Of a stretch of 64,000 nt of DNA, positions 50,598 through 64,000 are shown one piece after another. The notes under the pieces are model-generated. The model was not told where the DNA came from. It ran no database searches and saw only the letters and a list, made by a program, of their open reading frames with translations. The stretch is taken from the NCBI GenBank assembly GCA_964016885.1, contig OZ024758.1, positions 5,456,001 to 5,520,000 on the forward strand, written 5' to 3'. Numbering within the stretch: position 1 is the first letter of the stretch; each line of letters opens with the position of its first letter. The stretch comes from Eledone cirrhosa (lineage: Eukaryota). The translations under genes were made by a program, and so were the position numbers.

Positions 50598-53500
50598 ATT
50601 TCTTTATTAGCCACAAGGGCGCACAAGAAAAGGGGACAGTACAAAGACATGCCGGGGATTTTACATACAGTCGTGTAAAAAATATAAAAATTACAACAAT
50701 CGAAATCCCCAATAGGGGGGAGGCGCCACAAATGGGTTGTTTAATACCCCGTAGATAGAACAACCCTCAACTCCAGGAGCGTGTTGTGCAAGTGTCCTTT
50801 CTTCCTTTTGCTCTCTTCCTCAACCTACAGGCTTATAAACAGAGAAGGCCCAATCACTCGGGCCATTTTTGCTTCATTCACCTAGTAAATTTCAGTAAAT
50901 TTACTGGGGTGCAGTGCCTCTCTCTCCACCCTGATTCTCCTTCTAAAGTGATTCTTAAAGAAGGGAATCAATTGTTGTCCGGAGAGAAAGGCATTTGTCC
51001 TCAGTCCTCTCAACCTCGTCCACCATATAACTTCTTTCACCATAGCCACCGTACAGAGGAAAACCGCCTCTCTTTCATTTTTGAAAGAGGCTGGCGGTTT
51101 GATCCTTACTATGGACTCGGCAGTCAACTGGATTTGTCCCATACACGACAGCAGTTCTGCATAGTGAGGAATACCTGGAGATGCCGCAGCCTCAGCGCAT
51201 GTTTGCGCATCATCACCCACGGCATTCCCAGCCCTCCGTTGGAAGGGTGCTGACAGCAGACGGATGTCATCACCAGCGGAGCCTGCTTCTTCCACAGAAA
51301 CTGGAAGAGCATGCGTTCCATCTTGGCGAGGTGTTCACGGGAACAAGGCACGACAGTCAAGCGGTAGTAGATGACGGACGCTATGAAAGTGTTCGCCACC
51401 TCCGCTCGACCTTTCAAGGACAGTTTGCACTCTGCCCACTTCTGGGTGAGTGCAAACACCTTGGCCGTGACCTCGTTCCAGTTTTTCTCCACCTGGAGGT
51501 CTGGACCGAACCAGACCCCGAGCAATTTCACCGGTCCGTCCGTCTAGCGTCCAACGACGCTGTCGGATGTCATCGGTTTGCCTCTCCACGTACCGAATTG
51601 CAAACCGACAGACTTGTCCGGGTTTAGTTTTGCTCCCGTCAGCGTTTCGTATTCTTTCAGTATGTTGCCGATCACCCCGATTTCCGAGGTGCTCGACACC
51701 ATTACCGTCACATCGTCGGCATAAGCCAACGCCGCTTTGCGTAGTCCCGGTTCTAGAGGGATACCCTGCAACAGCTCCAATTTCCGCAGTAGTGGATCGA
51801 GAGTTAATACATACAGAATGGAGGAGAGAGGGCACCCCTGTCGAATGGAACGCGTGATTGCGAACGGCTCCGATAGGTAGCCGTTCACCTTGACTCTCGA
51901 GCAGATGCTGGTGTGCATCGCCTCGATCCATCCTCTGAACACGAGACCGAAACCGGCCGCCTTGAGAACCGCTTCCAAGTATCGATGGTCGACCCTATCG
52001 AATGCCTTAGACTGATCCAAGTTGATCAGAGCCCCACCGAAGCCGGGTTTACTACCCACCCTCTCTATGATGTATCGCATGAGGTGGAGGTTGTCGTGTA
52101 TGGATCTGGTCGGGATTGCACACGTTTGCGCTTTCCCTACCAGGTTCTCGACGACAAGCGCCAACCTCGTCGCTAGCACCTTGGCCAAAATCTTTAACTC
52201 TGTGTTGAGCAGAGTTATGGGCCTGAAGTTATTAATTTCGTCCCCCTTGTTCTCGTCTTTCCTGATCAGCATTACTACGCCCTTGCCTGCAGAACTAGGA
52301 ATTCTCCCGTTCTGCTGCCAATTGTGGACTTGTTGCCACTTTTTGCCTCCGCCACTCGAGCCCAGCTGACAGCTTTCGCTCCTTCGTTTCCTAGAGCACG
52401 TGTTTTGCTTGTGACTACGCAGCCTTCGTGTTTCGCATCGAAGAACTGGTCCAGTGCCGTTCTCGACGCTAACACTCTAGCCGCGTTGCCACTTCTAAGT
52501 GCCTCCTCTACCTTGGCTACTAGTTCTCTTTCTATTCTGTTTTTCTCTAAGGCTAACTCTCTGCTATACCCTATCGATTCTATTCTAATTGTTTTCTTGA
52601 GAGAGTACCACCATCTATTGTTGACGATGGCCCCCGTTAACTGTTGCTTGACTAGTCTACTTATCCGTTCACTGTAAGCTTTACGTGCCGGCAACGACAC
52701 GTTCAGCTTCCAGTATCCGGGATCCTGTCTATGTATTCTATCACGGTTGACTAAACAGACGACTAACTTGTGATCTGAATAGGCAACCATGTGCATTCGT
52801 GGACAGCTTAACATCTCCTTGTCCCTTTCTCTAATGAAGAACCTATCTAAATACTATCTAGATGTCCCACTGTGGTGCAGTCGGGAAATCCAGTCGATAC
52901 CTATCGGCCAGTTGGAATTGGCCGATTAACGTTTTGAGGCTGTTGCATCCCGCTCTACTGGGACATGCTCCCACATAGTCCCATCGAGCATCTAGGATAC
53001 CATTCCAGCCCCCCACTAAAAGTAAGGAGCGAGACGTTCCCAGAAAAGACTCTAGACGCTTAAAGAAGTCTGGCCGTGATTGCGATTGCCCGGTCGGGGC
53101 ATAAATGGCCACCAGTGTGAAGGCTCCACCTCCTATACTGTTCACGTCTAGGACTACCAGTCTACCCTCCGGGTCCAAGTGTACTTGCTGTACTTCGACG
53201 TCCAGGTTCTTCCGAAACATGACAGCCACTCCACCTCCACCTCCTGGCTGACAGAGAGATGCGTAGATCTCAAAGTCGTCGAAGATGGGGGTTAGTTGCT
53301 GCCTGTTGTGGATCCTGGACTCGGTGATGGCTATCACATCCATACTGTTTGACCTAAGGTCGTTTAAAAGTTGGCCCTGTTTCCAGGGCATCCCTAGGCC
53401 ACGCACATTCACGGTTCCAACTCGTAAACCAGCCATGTTGGTGAAGAAAAGTTGGAGAAAAAGGACGAAAGGTGCACTTACCTTTTCGTTTCCTGGAGAT

Positions 53501-54215
53501 CGGGTTGTTCAATCTCCATTTGGGTGTTGGGTGGGGTGGGGAACATTTTAACAGGACGCGGTTGATGGGTTTGTGGCAGGGGTTGCCCACATCCTGTGAA
53601 AATTTATTTTTTAGGTCATTATAGGTTTCCATAGAAACCCTTATAAGTTTAAGGTGTGGAGACGATTCTGCCTTGACGAAAGTTTTGCCTTCCGTCTCCA
53701 CCTTGGGGTTTTGGGAGTTGACCTCCATCAAACTCTTGTTGTTTGTGTTGATGTATGCGTATTGTTGTTTGTGTTTTTGTTGTGTTGTTTTAGTTTGTTG
53801 TTCGTCCGGGAGTTTTCTTTTTTATGGTGGGTGCTTGTGTTTGGGGTGGTGTTGGTGCTGGTTTTGCTGATAGGGGGATGTTTGACTGTGGTGTTGTTTG
53901 TGTTGTTGTTTGTGTCTGTGGTTGTGTGTTGGTGTTGGTAATTGGAGTTTTTGGGGTTTTGTGGTGTCTCTTTTTTTGTTTTTTAGATTTCCGCGGTTCT
54001 CCCTCTTCTTCACTTAAAGAAGGAGAAGCAGCTTCATCCGCCGATGAATAATCATCGTCAGGTGTGTGGGGTAAGGGTATGTTGTGTGGTGGTGGTGTTT
54101 CGGTGTGTGTGTTTGTGGTAGTGTTTGATGGAGTGGGATGGAGTGGGGCTGTGTTCTTCAGGGGTGTTGTCTCTGTTTTTTCTGTTGTTGTTGGTTGAGT
54201 GTCTGTTTGTTATAG
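50598..54215 (-). mobile_element. Tx1/L1-clade LINE, decayed
   Basis: ORF1 remnant (53354-54215) followed by ORF2 pieces; 3' tail CCCTTGTGGCTAATAAA; 5' limit approximate. Confidence 0.9.
50790..53436 (-). pseudogene. LINE ORF2 (AP endonuclease + reverse transcriptase), frameshifted
   Basis: TVNVRGL..AITESR..YAPTG..SDHKLV..WKLN; FRPITLLNTELKILAK..LDQSKAFDRVDH..RQGCPLS..YADDV..LLGVWF; split over at least five ORFs. Confidence 0.92.
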
Positions 54216-54805
54216 TAATTTAGTGTATATGTGTTTGATAATAATTAAATAAAATTATTGTAATTGATTTAAATGAAAGTAAAATAAACTAGGGTGATGG
54301 TGGAGCGACAAGATGGAGAATGTCAAGGAAACTTGAGGATTCAAGCATCTTTACATGGAATGTTGTAATCAAGGAAATATTAAATCAAATATCTTTTTTA
54401 TTGACGGGTACTGTGCTAGTATACATACACACACACTATATACATATGTGTGTGTGTGTGTGTGAGTATGTATATATATATATATATATATATGGCGTAT
54501 GTATATATATAAAGCGTCCGTAAGCGGTAGGCCGTTGAGCACTCGGTGCTCTTACAGAGCAGAGTATGATATCACATAAGAATCAGTGTTGCGACGAATA
54601 ACATTTATTAGACATATTACAATCGTTTCTCTGGCGACCAGCTCATTATATATATATAATGTAGGAGGTGAGTTTTATTGTAGCACAATAAAGCAATGCA
54701 AATATCGGATAAGTAGCACTCAACCGTTTATAGGACTGGAGTATAAATAATATAAGATCAAAAGATGGACAAAATACATGGAACTCTTTTAACCATCTTT
54801 TGATG

Positions 54806-54865
<60 letters not shown>

Positions 54866-54927
54866 GAGGGTTCTAAACACCGTTATCAAGCTAAAATTCC
54901 TTTAGTTAAAAATACGGTGAAAGCTAT

Positions 54928-54969
<42 letters not shown>

Positions 54970-54986
54970 GAGAGGTATAGAGATTG

Positions 54987-55050
<64 letters not shown>

Positions 55051-55705
55051 AAAGAGAGAGAGGGGGGAGTGTATATGTCGGTATCTCTGATTATAATATT
55101 TTCCGTAACCTAGCGGTTCGACAAATAGAGAACAATAAAATAATAATTACTGAGACCGATATAATCGACTAAATTCTAATAAGATGCAGTACTCCAGCAT
55201 GGCCACAGTCTATTGAGTGAAACTAGTAAAAGAATATTTGTTAGTGCTCCAGCATGAGCGCAGTCGAATGAGTGAAAGCAGTAAAAGAATTAAGGTGTAT
55301 GTGTATGTAATTGTGTGGTAATTGTGTGTGCGTGTGTATGTATATGTAAATGTGCGTATATATGTGTAAATGTGTGTGTATGTAAGTGTGTGTATATGTA
55401 AATGTGTGTATTTGTATTTATGTTTTTGTATGTGTATGTAAATATGTGTACGTGTATGTGTGTATATTTAAATGTATGTATATGTCAACGTGTACATATG
55501 TAAATGTGTGTGTGTATGTGCATGTAAATGTGTGTATTTGTATGTACGTGTGTGCATGTGTATGTAAATGTGTGTATTTGTACGTAAGTGTGTGTACGTG
55601 TATGTAAATATGCGTGTAAGTGTGTGTATGTAAATGTGTGCATGTAAATGTGTGTAAATATGCATATATAAGTGTGCATGTAAATATGTATATATAAGTG
55701 TGTAA

Positions 55706-55765
<60 letters not shown>

Positions 55766-55978
55766 ATGTAAATGTGTATATATAAGTGTGTGTGTATGTA
55801 AATATGTATATATATAAGTGTGTGTGTAAATGTGTATATATAAGTGTGTGTGAGTGTATGTAAATATGTATATATAAATGTGTGTGTAAATGTGTATATA
55901 TAAGTGTTTGTGTAAATGTAAATGTGCATATATAAGTGTGTGTATAAATGTAAATGTGCATATATAAGTGTGTGTATG

Positions 55979-56016
<38 letters not shown>

Positions 56017-56019
56017 ATT

Positions 56020-56054
<35 letters not shown>

Positions 56055-56526
56055 ATGTGTATGCTAGAAGCACTTCATGCGGTAGGTCATATTTAAATTT
56101 TGTAGGTCACAGGCTTTATTTTAAACTTGAATCTCTGTAGGCGAATGTAGTAATCTTTTTATGCTGGCATTTCCCAGCATGTTGGCAATATCTGAATTAT
56201 GTTGCTGAATATCTTTTACTGGCTGTGTTGCTACTGACAGTGAAAGCTTGTTTAAATGTTCGCTGTATATGTTAACCAGATCAGCTCAGCACTAAGCTCA
56301 TCCATCTGACAGAAAAATCTAATGTTTGCTGCAGTGTCGGCCATTGCATATTTAAATGCCAATTTCTGTTACATGTAAACAATCATTGATAGTTTTTCAT
56401 ATTTTAAAATAAAACATCAAATTTTTTTTTTTTTTTTTACATTGTTAGTATTAAAAGGAATATCAATATCTTGTTATAAGATTAATAATCGTAATACTAC
56501 CATCAACAAGAGAGCACGTTGTATCG

Positions 56527-56606
56527 ATGGAGATACAAGGATTCGATCCAGAGAAGAACCTTGATGAGTTCTATGAGATGACATATGTGGAACCTAATGT
56601 ATTTAG
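56527..56606 (+). CDS. ACOT8: Acyl-CoA thioesterase 8-like, coding exon 1
   Basis: MEIQGFDPEKNLDEFYEMTYVEPNVFR; donor AG|GTAAG; missed by the ORF track. Confidence 0.72.
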
Positions 56607-59589
56607 GTAAGAACTTTGAAATATATATTTATACCTACATGTAAATGTCTCAGTGATGAGCGAAGAGAACACGATTTAATATTCGTTTATATATTTATTC
56701 TCGCAGATAATCTTTTATTTTAAATGTGTTAATATAATGAATGTTTTACAGATTCCTGTAAACAAATCGTGAGTTCGTGTTTGTTTATTTAACCCCGAGT
56801 CAACTCTTAATGAGGTAGATTTATGATCAGAGATGTTCCAACCATGACTACCTCATCTGATTCAGATTTAGCGTATTTAAAACTCTATGATGTATGGTCC
56901 TTCCCTCTTCAATGCAGTATAACACGTGGCTGCTATTTCTAGCAGGTTGAAACACCGTATTGATACCCCTTAATTGGATTGCTAGTTGCTTTCTGTAGCA
57001 ATCTTGTATTTAAATCGGTGGTTAACCGTTATAAGAATCAATCCAAACTTTGGATGAACGTTGCGAAATTTATACAGTTTGGTCAAATTGTATTTTTTTT
57101 CTCTTCTTCTCAGTATGGAATATAAAATGCCCCCAATTTTATCCACATCATTCACATGTTTACATTTATGTTAGAAAAAATTAACGCTTTGGAAATGAAA
57201 AAAAAAAGAGAGATTTTCTTAGGTTGTATTTAAAATGTATAGAAGGTGGTACAACTGCAGGACACCTTAAACCGCGCCCTTCCATCATTTGCAATATAAT
57301 ACACCACCACCATCCTCCTTCCCGAATTTCTTTTCTCATAACTTTTTACATCATTCATATTTGTTTTAACGATCTGAACATTATTACTGTTATATTGTTG
57401 ACAATGTTTTAATATTATTATTATAATAGTCTGAGTTCAAATCCCGCCGAGGTTAACTTTGCCTTTCATCCTTACGGGGTCGAGAAAATAAAGTACCAGT
57501 AATGTACTGGTTAATTGCTGGCCTTGTGCCAAAAGTAAAAACAATTATTATCGTACACTCCCCTTCGGTATTTCTAACAGGGATACATTTAATTTTATTC
57601 AATAGATAGTTTTCGATCAAGGATGTTTATAATTCTTACAGAAAATATAAACACATATAATACAATTAATACTTCATAGATGCACAAACAACATTACAAA
57701 TCGTTTGCAATTCCTTCAGAATGAAGATATAAACAGAGCATATAAATAAATTCACAGTAGAATAACATAACAAATATGTTTTAAATATTAAAATCAAATA
57801 TTTTTTCATCATTCCTTCCAACATTATGTTGAGAATAAATAGCATCAGAATAATGTTATAGATTTGATATAAGAACGTAATGTTATTTTTTACAACTAGG
57901 AATTTCAGAGAGAAGCATTAAAAACATAAACTTTCATCATAATTATAATCTGCACCTTCGAAAATGTATCTAATACAAGATTTCATTAAAATAGATTCAT
58001 TATTAATAAAGTTATGAGGAAAGTGGAGGGCATTGCACTAGTTATGCTTTAAACATGACTGCATCTAATAGTATTAATAAAGTACCAGTTGGACCTGTAG
58101 AGCACCTTAAATCTGCACACATATAGGCACTTAAACTTTTGTTTTAAAATATTGCAACGAAATTCTTTATATTAATGTTTACTCATTAAATAACGATTCT
58201 ATTCTTTCTATAATATTTTAAAACTGAAAAAAAAAACAACCCCCAAAAACTTATTACTGTGTCGTATCTGTCAATTTTAAAAAATTCAAAAGGAAAAAAA
58301 GGGTTGTTAAACTTCCTATTTCGCACTTCAAAATGACTTCAGATTTGCATTTTGTTCTGCTGTAAAAATAAAATAAAATGCTTCTATATTAAACGAAAAG
58401 TTAAAATATTAGATAAAAAAAAAAAAAAATGAAATATTCTTTATTTAAGTTGTAAATTCCCTAATAGTTATTCAAAAACGTCTGTTTTACAGTTTATCCT
58501 AGTTGTCTGACTTAATCTATTTTTTTTAAATATTTTCTTAGCTCATTTTTTTTCTTCTTCAAAGTATAAAAAGTATTCGCAAAGATTGAATACTTTTTCT
58601 TTGTAGAATTCAGTTAGCAAGCTTTAACCCATTGACTGTAGTATCTCTAAGCTACCACCTGCCTATACGCTACATATAGGTGTTATCTTATCAGTTTAGT
58701 ATATATATATATATATATATTTGGTTTATTAGTAATAAATATTATAATGTTTGTGAACTTCTCAAAACTTCTCTTTTATTAACCATGAGCAGCCTGATTT
58801 TAAATGTAGCTTTTCAAAACATGTTCTGAAGTTAGGTTAAAACGCCATTTCAAATTGTCACCCCGAATGAACGAATTCCAGCAGATAAATCTAAAATGTC
58901 CAACTTGTGGCAAGAGTTGCCACTGACTAAAGTCGTGTGAAACGTACGGTCACCAACGATAAGAAAATTTAAGTGTTTGTCTTAAGAAGTGGTCGTATTT
59001 CTTCAGGAGTTGACTTCATCATGTATGTGTATATTTATGTACAATGAAAACAGAGAAAGATTTTAGGGAACTGTTACCTTTGCTGGCGATTGAGGAATTT
59101 TCTCCCATAGTAAAGGGGGAAATTGTATGATGTGTGATCCTGCAGGCTAGTGAGATGTAAGTCTTGAATCTTTAGGAACAGTGGAGGTCAGAAAGGAAGT
59201 GAGCATATGCTGCTGGATATGTCATTTTAGTGTTAATGAGCAATGTAAACTGGTTATTAGAGGAATCAGATGTAGTACGCAAGAGAGAAGTAGATGCTTG
59301 TGGTGCGTATGAATGACATTTGTATAAAAGAAAAAGTGGTAAATGCTCAAAGATGGAACCTGTGAAAAAGACTAAAGAAGAGGTGCAGTTAAATGGTGAA
59401 GATTGATCTAAAGAAGCTAAACTGAGAGAAAAGTATGGCTAAGTTTATGACTTGTACTGGAGAGTACCATACCTGCACAACCCATGCACGAAATAATGGC
59501 TGTCAAAATTAATGATAGTGATGTATAATTCACTTCCTTAGAAGGATCTTTAGAGTAACATTACTCGATAGAGTGTAGCTTGAAAATCA

Positions 59590-59895
59590 GATTGTCACTC
59601 CGGGTTGAGCCACTACTTCTCTGTAATATGAGATCTGATATTACCCCACATACCTATGTGGTTAGAATGTCTCAGGAAAAAATCACTGGACAGATTTTAT
59701 TGGCATGATCAACTGGCAGGAGACCCAGAGGTAGACCGTGAGTAAGATGGTTGGATAACATCTATGAGCTTGGCTGGTCTCGCTTGAGGATCCAGCTATG
59801 TTAGTTGGTGACTGTTGCTTCTGACAGGACCAGCTGGAAGGAGTGTTTCAGGACTCTACCCTTATGGATCTCTCGGGATTAATTGGGTGAAGAAG
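59590..59895 (+). mobile_element. RTE LINE 3' fragment
   Basis: GRRPRGRP..RWLDNIYELGWSRL..VASDRTSWKE. Confidence 0.6.
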
Positions 59896-60112
59896 ATGTT
59901 TCTGAGGCAAGATTTGGTGTGTCAATCATCTGACCTCTAGTGACCAATGAAAATCAATCTGATGTTCTCTATGAGACTACATTCAGTCTATAATTCTATT
60001 ACATGTATTGTGTACATTGTTTTCATGCTTGTAACACTGTGTGTGTATGTGTACATGTGAGTGTGCACACATACATATACACATCCATACAAGTGTGGAA
60101 AATAAATATTAA

Positions 60113-60323
60113 CCCTTTAGTATTTACATTTCTCTATATTTACTATTGTATTTTCACAGTAAAGGCTTTTTCTTACATAATTATCTCACATAATATCAGA
60201 TCTATGAGATTTTGATGATATTTATTTTGAGAACAATACCTTAATATCAGTATGAGCAGATAATTACAGCCGGTTTGAACAGAAAGAGCCGAGAGAGGTC
60301 TGGCCAGTTTAAATGCTAAAGGG
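60113..60323. mobile_element. piggyBac-type MITE
   Basis: TTAA-CCCTTTAGTATTT..AAATGCTAAAGGG-TTAA; other copies at ~47105-47365 and ~47750-47948. Confidence 0.88.
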
Positions 60324-60872
60324 TTAAATGATGATGATGATGATTGTGTGTGGACATATGTTTTTAAACTGTTTGAGAGCAACGCGATGTGCAGTGACTT
60401 GTTTTCCACCTCCAACTTTGTTGCTTCAGCCACAAACCCAGGATCTGCTTACCCCAATGCGGAGGAGAGGAAGGTAGTTAAGTACAGGGGCCTGACCGAC
60501 TGCTCCCCATTGAGATCTCTGGCGTCCTTGATCCCTGCACTGCTGATTTCCTCAGTAAAGTCAGAAATATGGCTGCCCACTTGAGGAGCCTCTTAGAAAA
60601 GATGAATGTTAAAATGGCTCTCTCTTTCTCACTCTATCTCTCCTCTCTTTCTGTATCTGTCTTTCTCTCTCTCTCCCTCTCTCTTTCTGTCTCTCTTCCC
60701 CCCTCTCTCTCTCTGTCTCTCTTTCTCTCTTTTGTTTTTATTTGATCAATTAATTAAATCTTTTATGTTTTTATTGTTAAGTCTGCAAAAATTAGTCAGT
60801 AATTTAACTCCGAATCTTTTAATTACAGATATTAGAAATTCAATTCTGTTTTATATATTTTATCAATTTTAG

Positions 60873-61012
60873 AGGTAATAAGCTGCAAGTACATAACTAC
60901 TTTAAATATGCTTTTGGTGGGCATATCATGATGCAAGCTGTTAGTGCTGCTATTTGTACAATTCCAAAAGAATTTTATATAAACACTCTACACAATTATT
61001 TTCTTTCCCCTG
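60873..61012 (+). CDS. ACOT8: Acyl-CoA thioesterase 8-like, coding exon 2
   Basis: RGNKLQVHNYFKYAFGGHIMMQAVSAA..INTLHNYFLSPG matches the TesB/ACOT8 FGGQ..SLHCYF region; AG/GT in phase. Confidence 0.85.
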
Positions 61013-61939
61013 GTAAGTTAAATTCTTTTTTTGTTCATATTTCTGGTCATCTGGTCATCCCTTGGCATCAAGCCAACAATGTATAGCCACTTTCTGGTCA
61101 TTTATTAGATATAGTTAATGAAATCTCTTTCAAATCATACCATGACATCATAAAAAAGAACACATTGGATAATGTAGTCCTAGATATTCTGAGAGAGGGT
61201 TGCAGAAAAAAAGACAGTATGATCATAGCTGGAACAACTTTGACCATATATTTGCTCAATAAAGAGTGACTGGGGTTAAACAACATCAACTAATCCTAAT
61301 CTCTGAATTGACACTTGATGGTTGCTACCTTATGTATGTATGCCCCCTCCCACTGTAAAGTGGTCGTGTAGGTGTCACGGTAAAAAGGCACCTAGTACTC
61401 ACTGTAAATGATGTTGGTGTTAGGAAGGGCATCTTGCTGTAGAAATCAAGCCAAAATCAGTTCTGTATGAGCAAGACATGGTCACCTGACTTGGCATTGC
61501 CCACAATAGGACAACCCGTCTAACCCATGCTAGCATGGAAGAATGGACGTAAAACAGTGATCATGATGATGATAAACTAACCTGACACCCCCACACACAC
61601 ACAATTTTATGTCTGAGAAGTAGGCAAAAAACCAAACCCCATTAATAAGCTGAGGCAGCTAATCAACACATTGTTTAGATGGCGTAATCAAACATCCCCA
61701 CCCCATTTGACCATTGATTTTTTTAGTCACATATTCAAATATATTTGGTAAATTCATGTAATCTGAAGAAATGACAATGGCCTTATGCCATCACAGGCAA
61801 GAATTGTTATAGATTCCTAAGATTACTGTGGAATGTAGGCAGCAAAATATCTTTCAGGACTGGACTGTGTAAAGTGTTTAGTATTGTCAGTTTCAGAGTC
61901 AAAATACAGTAATATATGATATATCTGTATAAATATAGT

Positions 61940-62215
61940 GGAGGCACGTGGCCTAGTGGTAAGGGAGTTGGACTTACGATCATAATGTCGTTTGATTCCT
62001 AGTTTGCATGTTTGTGTTCTTGAGCAAAACACTTCATTTCATGTTGCTCCAGTATACTCAGCTGAAAACGAGTACCAGCAGCAATAGCTGGAGGTTTAAC
62101 CCTGCAATGGACTGGCATCGTGTCCAGGGAGGGTCCTTGTACTTTCAGTCGCTTCACACCATGAAACCGGTATAAGCACCGGCCAAATGAGCCTTCTGGC
62201 TTAAGACAAACTTTA
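61940..62215 (+). mobile_element. tRNA-derived SINE family 2
   Basis: GGAGGCACGTGGCCTAGTGG head, CTTGAGCAAAACACTT, GAGTACCAGC..AACCCTGCAATGGACTGGCATC core; head fragment at ~63824. Confidence 0.8.
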
Positions 62216-62612
62216 GACTGTATAAATATAGTGTGTGTAACCAAGTTTGCTACAATATGTATGTGAATATCATCATCATCTTCATTTAACGTCCATCTTC
62301 CGCGCTAGCATGGGTTAGACGGGAGTTGTCCCACTTGAGGCAAGGTTGGTCGGGTGACCGTGTCTCGCTCATATAGGACTATATGGCAGGTTTTCTACGG
62401 CTGGATGCCCTTCCTAACACCAACCACATTTACAGTATTTATATACATATTTTTATATGTAGAAGTAATATATGCATTGACTAAATTGCGAGAAATAGGC
62501 GTGAGAGTTCCCTTAAACCACATCCTACCATTTAAAAAAATATTAAATAATCTAGTTGGAGTTAGAGTATTTTTGAATCAAGATGGGATGGCCTCAGCTT
62601 GAATGCACCCTT

Positions 62613-62968
62613 GATTAAGAGTAATGACCCCCTTCAGTCATGAATTACCATGGGATTTGCTTCTAGAAGGTTCTCCTGAGGCACAAGTGCGAGCAGGGTT
62701 GTTTGTGGAAGACCAGCAGTTACCTATACATACCAGTTTCCCCTCTCCACACAGTCTCCCCTCTCAATATTGTCCAAGGGAAAGGCAATGGCCGATACAG
62801 CTTGGTACCAGTGGCGTTGCAACTCATTTCTACATCTGAGTAAACTGTAGCAACATGAAATAAAGTTTCTTACACAACGACACAATGCATCACCTGGTTT
62901 GAGAATCGAACTCACAACCTAGAGATTGCAAGCCCAATGCTCTAACCACTAAGCCATACTCCTTCACA
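62613..62968 (-). mobile_element. tRNA-derived SINE related to family 2
   Basis: Minus-strand TGGCTTAGTGG A box and GAGTTCGATTC B box, followed by a family-2-like body. Confidence 0.65.
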
Positions 62969-63322
62969 CCCTTGAGTATAGATCTGTTTAATGAGGGTTG
63001 ACCTGGAGCTAAATGGCAACTATATTCTTGAGAGTTGAAACTAGAGAGAATAAACACAATCCAATATTAGTTCTATAAAATATCAACTGAAATATTTGTC
63101 TATCAGAGAAATGTTTCCTTGGCTGTTAAAATCCTTTTAAAATATTCACTAACTTTCAAATTTTATTTGTTCCAAACCAAATCTGATTTTGTTTTCTTTT
63201 CCAAACTGGGAATTATTTGTTTTTATAACTATTTTACCAAATGTTTTAATTTTAGTGTTGAAAGATAGTTTATTTAATAAATATCTCAGCTGAATTAAGT
63301 TTTCCTTTTATTTTTCTACTAG

Positions 63323-63545
63323 GATCTGAGGATCCTGTAAGTTATCATGTGGATAACACACATGATGGCAAGACTTTTGTCAACCGATTTGTAAAGGCCA
63401 TCCAAAATGGAAAGACACTTATCAACATGCAGCTTTCATTCAAACGGAAAGAACTTGACTCGATTGAACATCAGTGGAAAATGCCAGAATGTCCTCTTCC
63501 AGAAGATCTTACTTCCGCAAATGAACTTTTTGATTCAAAATTGAG
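63323..63545 (+). CDS. ACOT8: Acyl-CoA thioesterase 8-like, coding exon 3 (gene continues beyond window)
   Basis: GSEDPVSYHVDNTHDGKTFVNRFVKAIQNGK..LSF..IEHQWKMPECPLPEDL matches ACOT8/TesB; acceptor CTAG in phase; donor position inferred. Confidence 0.87.
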
Positions 63546-64000
63546 GTTTAAATTATCTTTTAATCTTTTTTTAAATGAAACACTTACCAGATAGGAAAGT
63601 GGTGGCACAAAGTGTTGTGCTGTGTTGTGCTACCCCCCTCATAACTATTTACAGTTAGATAGGCTTGGCTATTTGAAGTTTAAGTAATTAGTAAGAGTGG
63701 TGCTATGGTGCTGGGATACAAGCTAAAGAATTTGAGGAAGGTTTTGCCAAAAACCTATCAAATTTATCAGTACTATGTGAGTGTGTGCCTGTGTGTAGAT
63801 ACAGATACAGATATACACACAGTGGAGGCACATCGCCCAGGGGTAAGGGTGTTGGACTTATGATCTAAATGTTGTGTCTCTGATGTGAGGGGAATTTCCT
63901 CCTACTAGTCTCAGAGACCCTGAAAAAGGGTCATGAATATTGCCCTACTACACATGGAAGAAAATTGTACCAAAACCAAATAAAGGATATAAAAACCTGT

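Noticed and set aside
50786-52677. Plus-strand ORFs over the LINE
   Set aside because: Antisense shadows of ORF2 with no independent motifs
54615-54650. Partial minus-strand hammerhead
   Set aside because: Truncated by the TA tract before CUG and stem I

Overview
AT-rich, microsatellite-saturated animal genomic DNA; the SINE families and (TA)n/(CA)n/(TACA)n load suggest an octopus (inference). Four protein-coding genes can be assembled with phase-consistent GT-AG introns. These are a 3-exon ankyrin-repeat gene (+, 21238-31692, 334 aa), a single-coding-exon purple acid phosphatase/ACP7-like gene (-, 39569-41110, 513 aa), TSR3 (-, 6 exons, 44781-49595, 337 aa) and the first three exons of an ACOT8-like thioesterase (+, 56527 to beyond 63545). 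The rest is mostly mobile DNA: a decayed Tx1/L1-type LINE, RTE and CRE-like LINE fragments, three tRNA-SINE or SINE-like families, hAT, piggyBac and Tc1/pogo-type MITEs, and minisatellites that arose inside these elements. The most interesting signal is about 11 type I hammerhead ribozyme motifs (CUGANGA..GAAA..UH, most with palindromic stem III) from several sequence families. They sit in short non-coding units in or beside (TA)n tracts. One has a retrozyme-like layout with 489 nt between cleavage sites, several form fold-back insertions, and the copies sense to the ankyrin pre-mRNA are all crippled. Most short ORFs in the track are microsatellite artefacts. All calls were made by eye without database searches.
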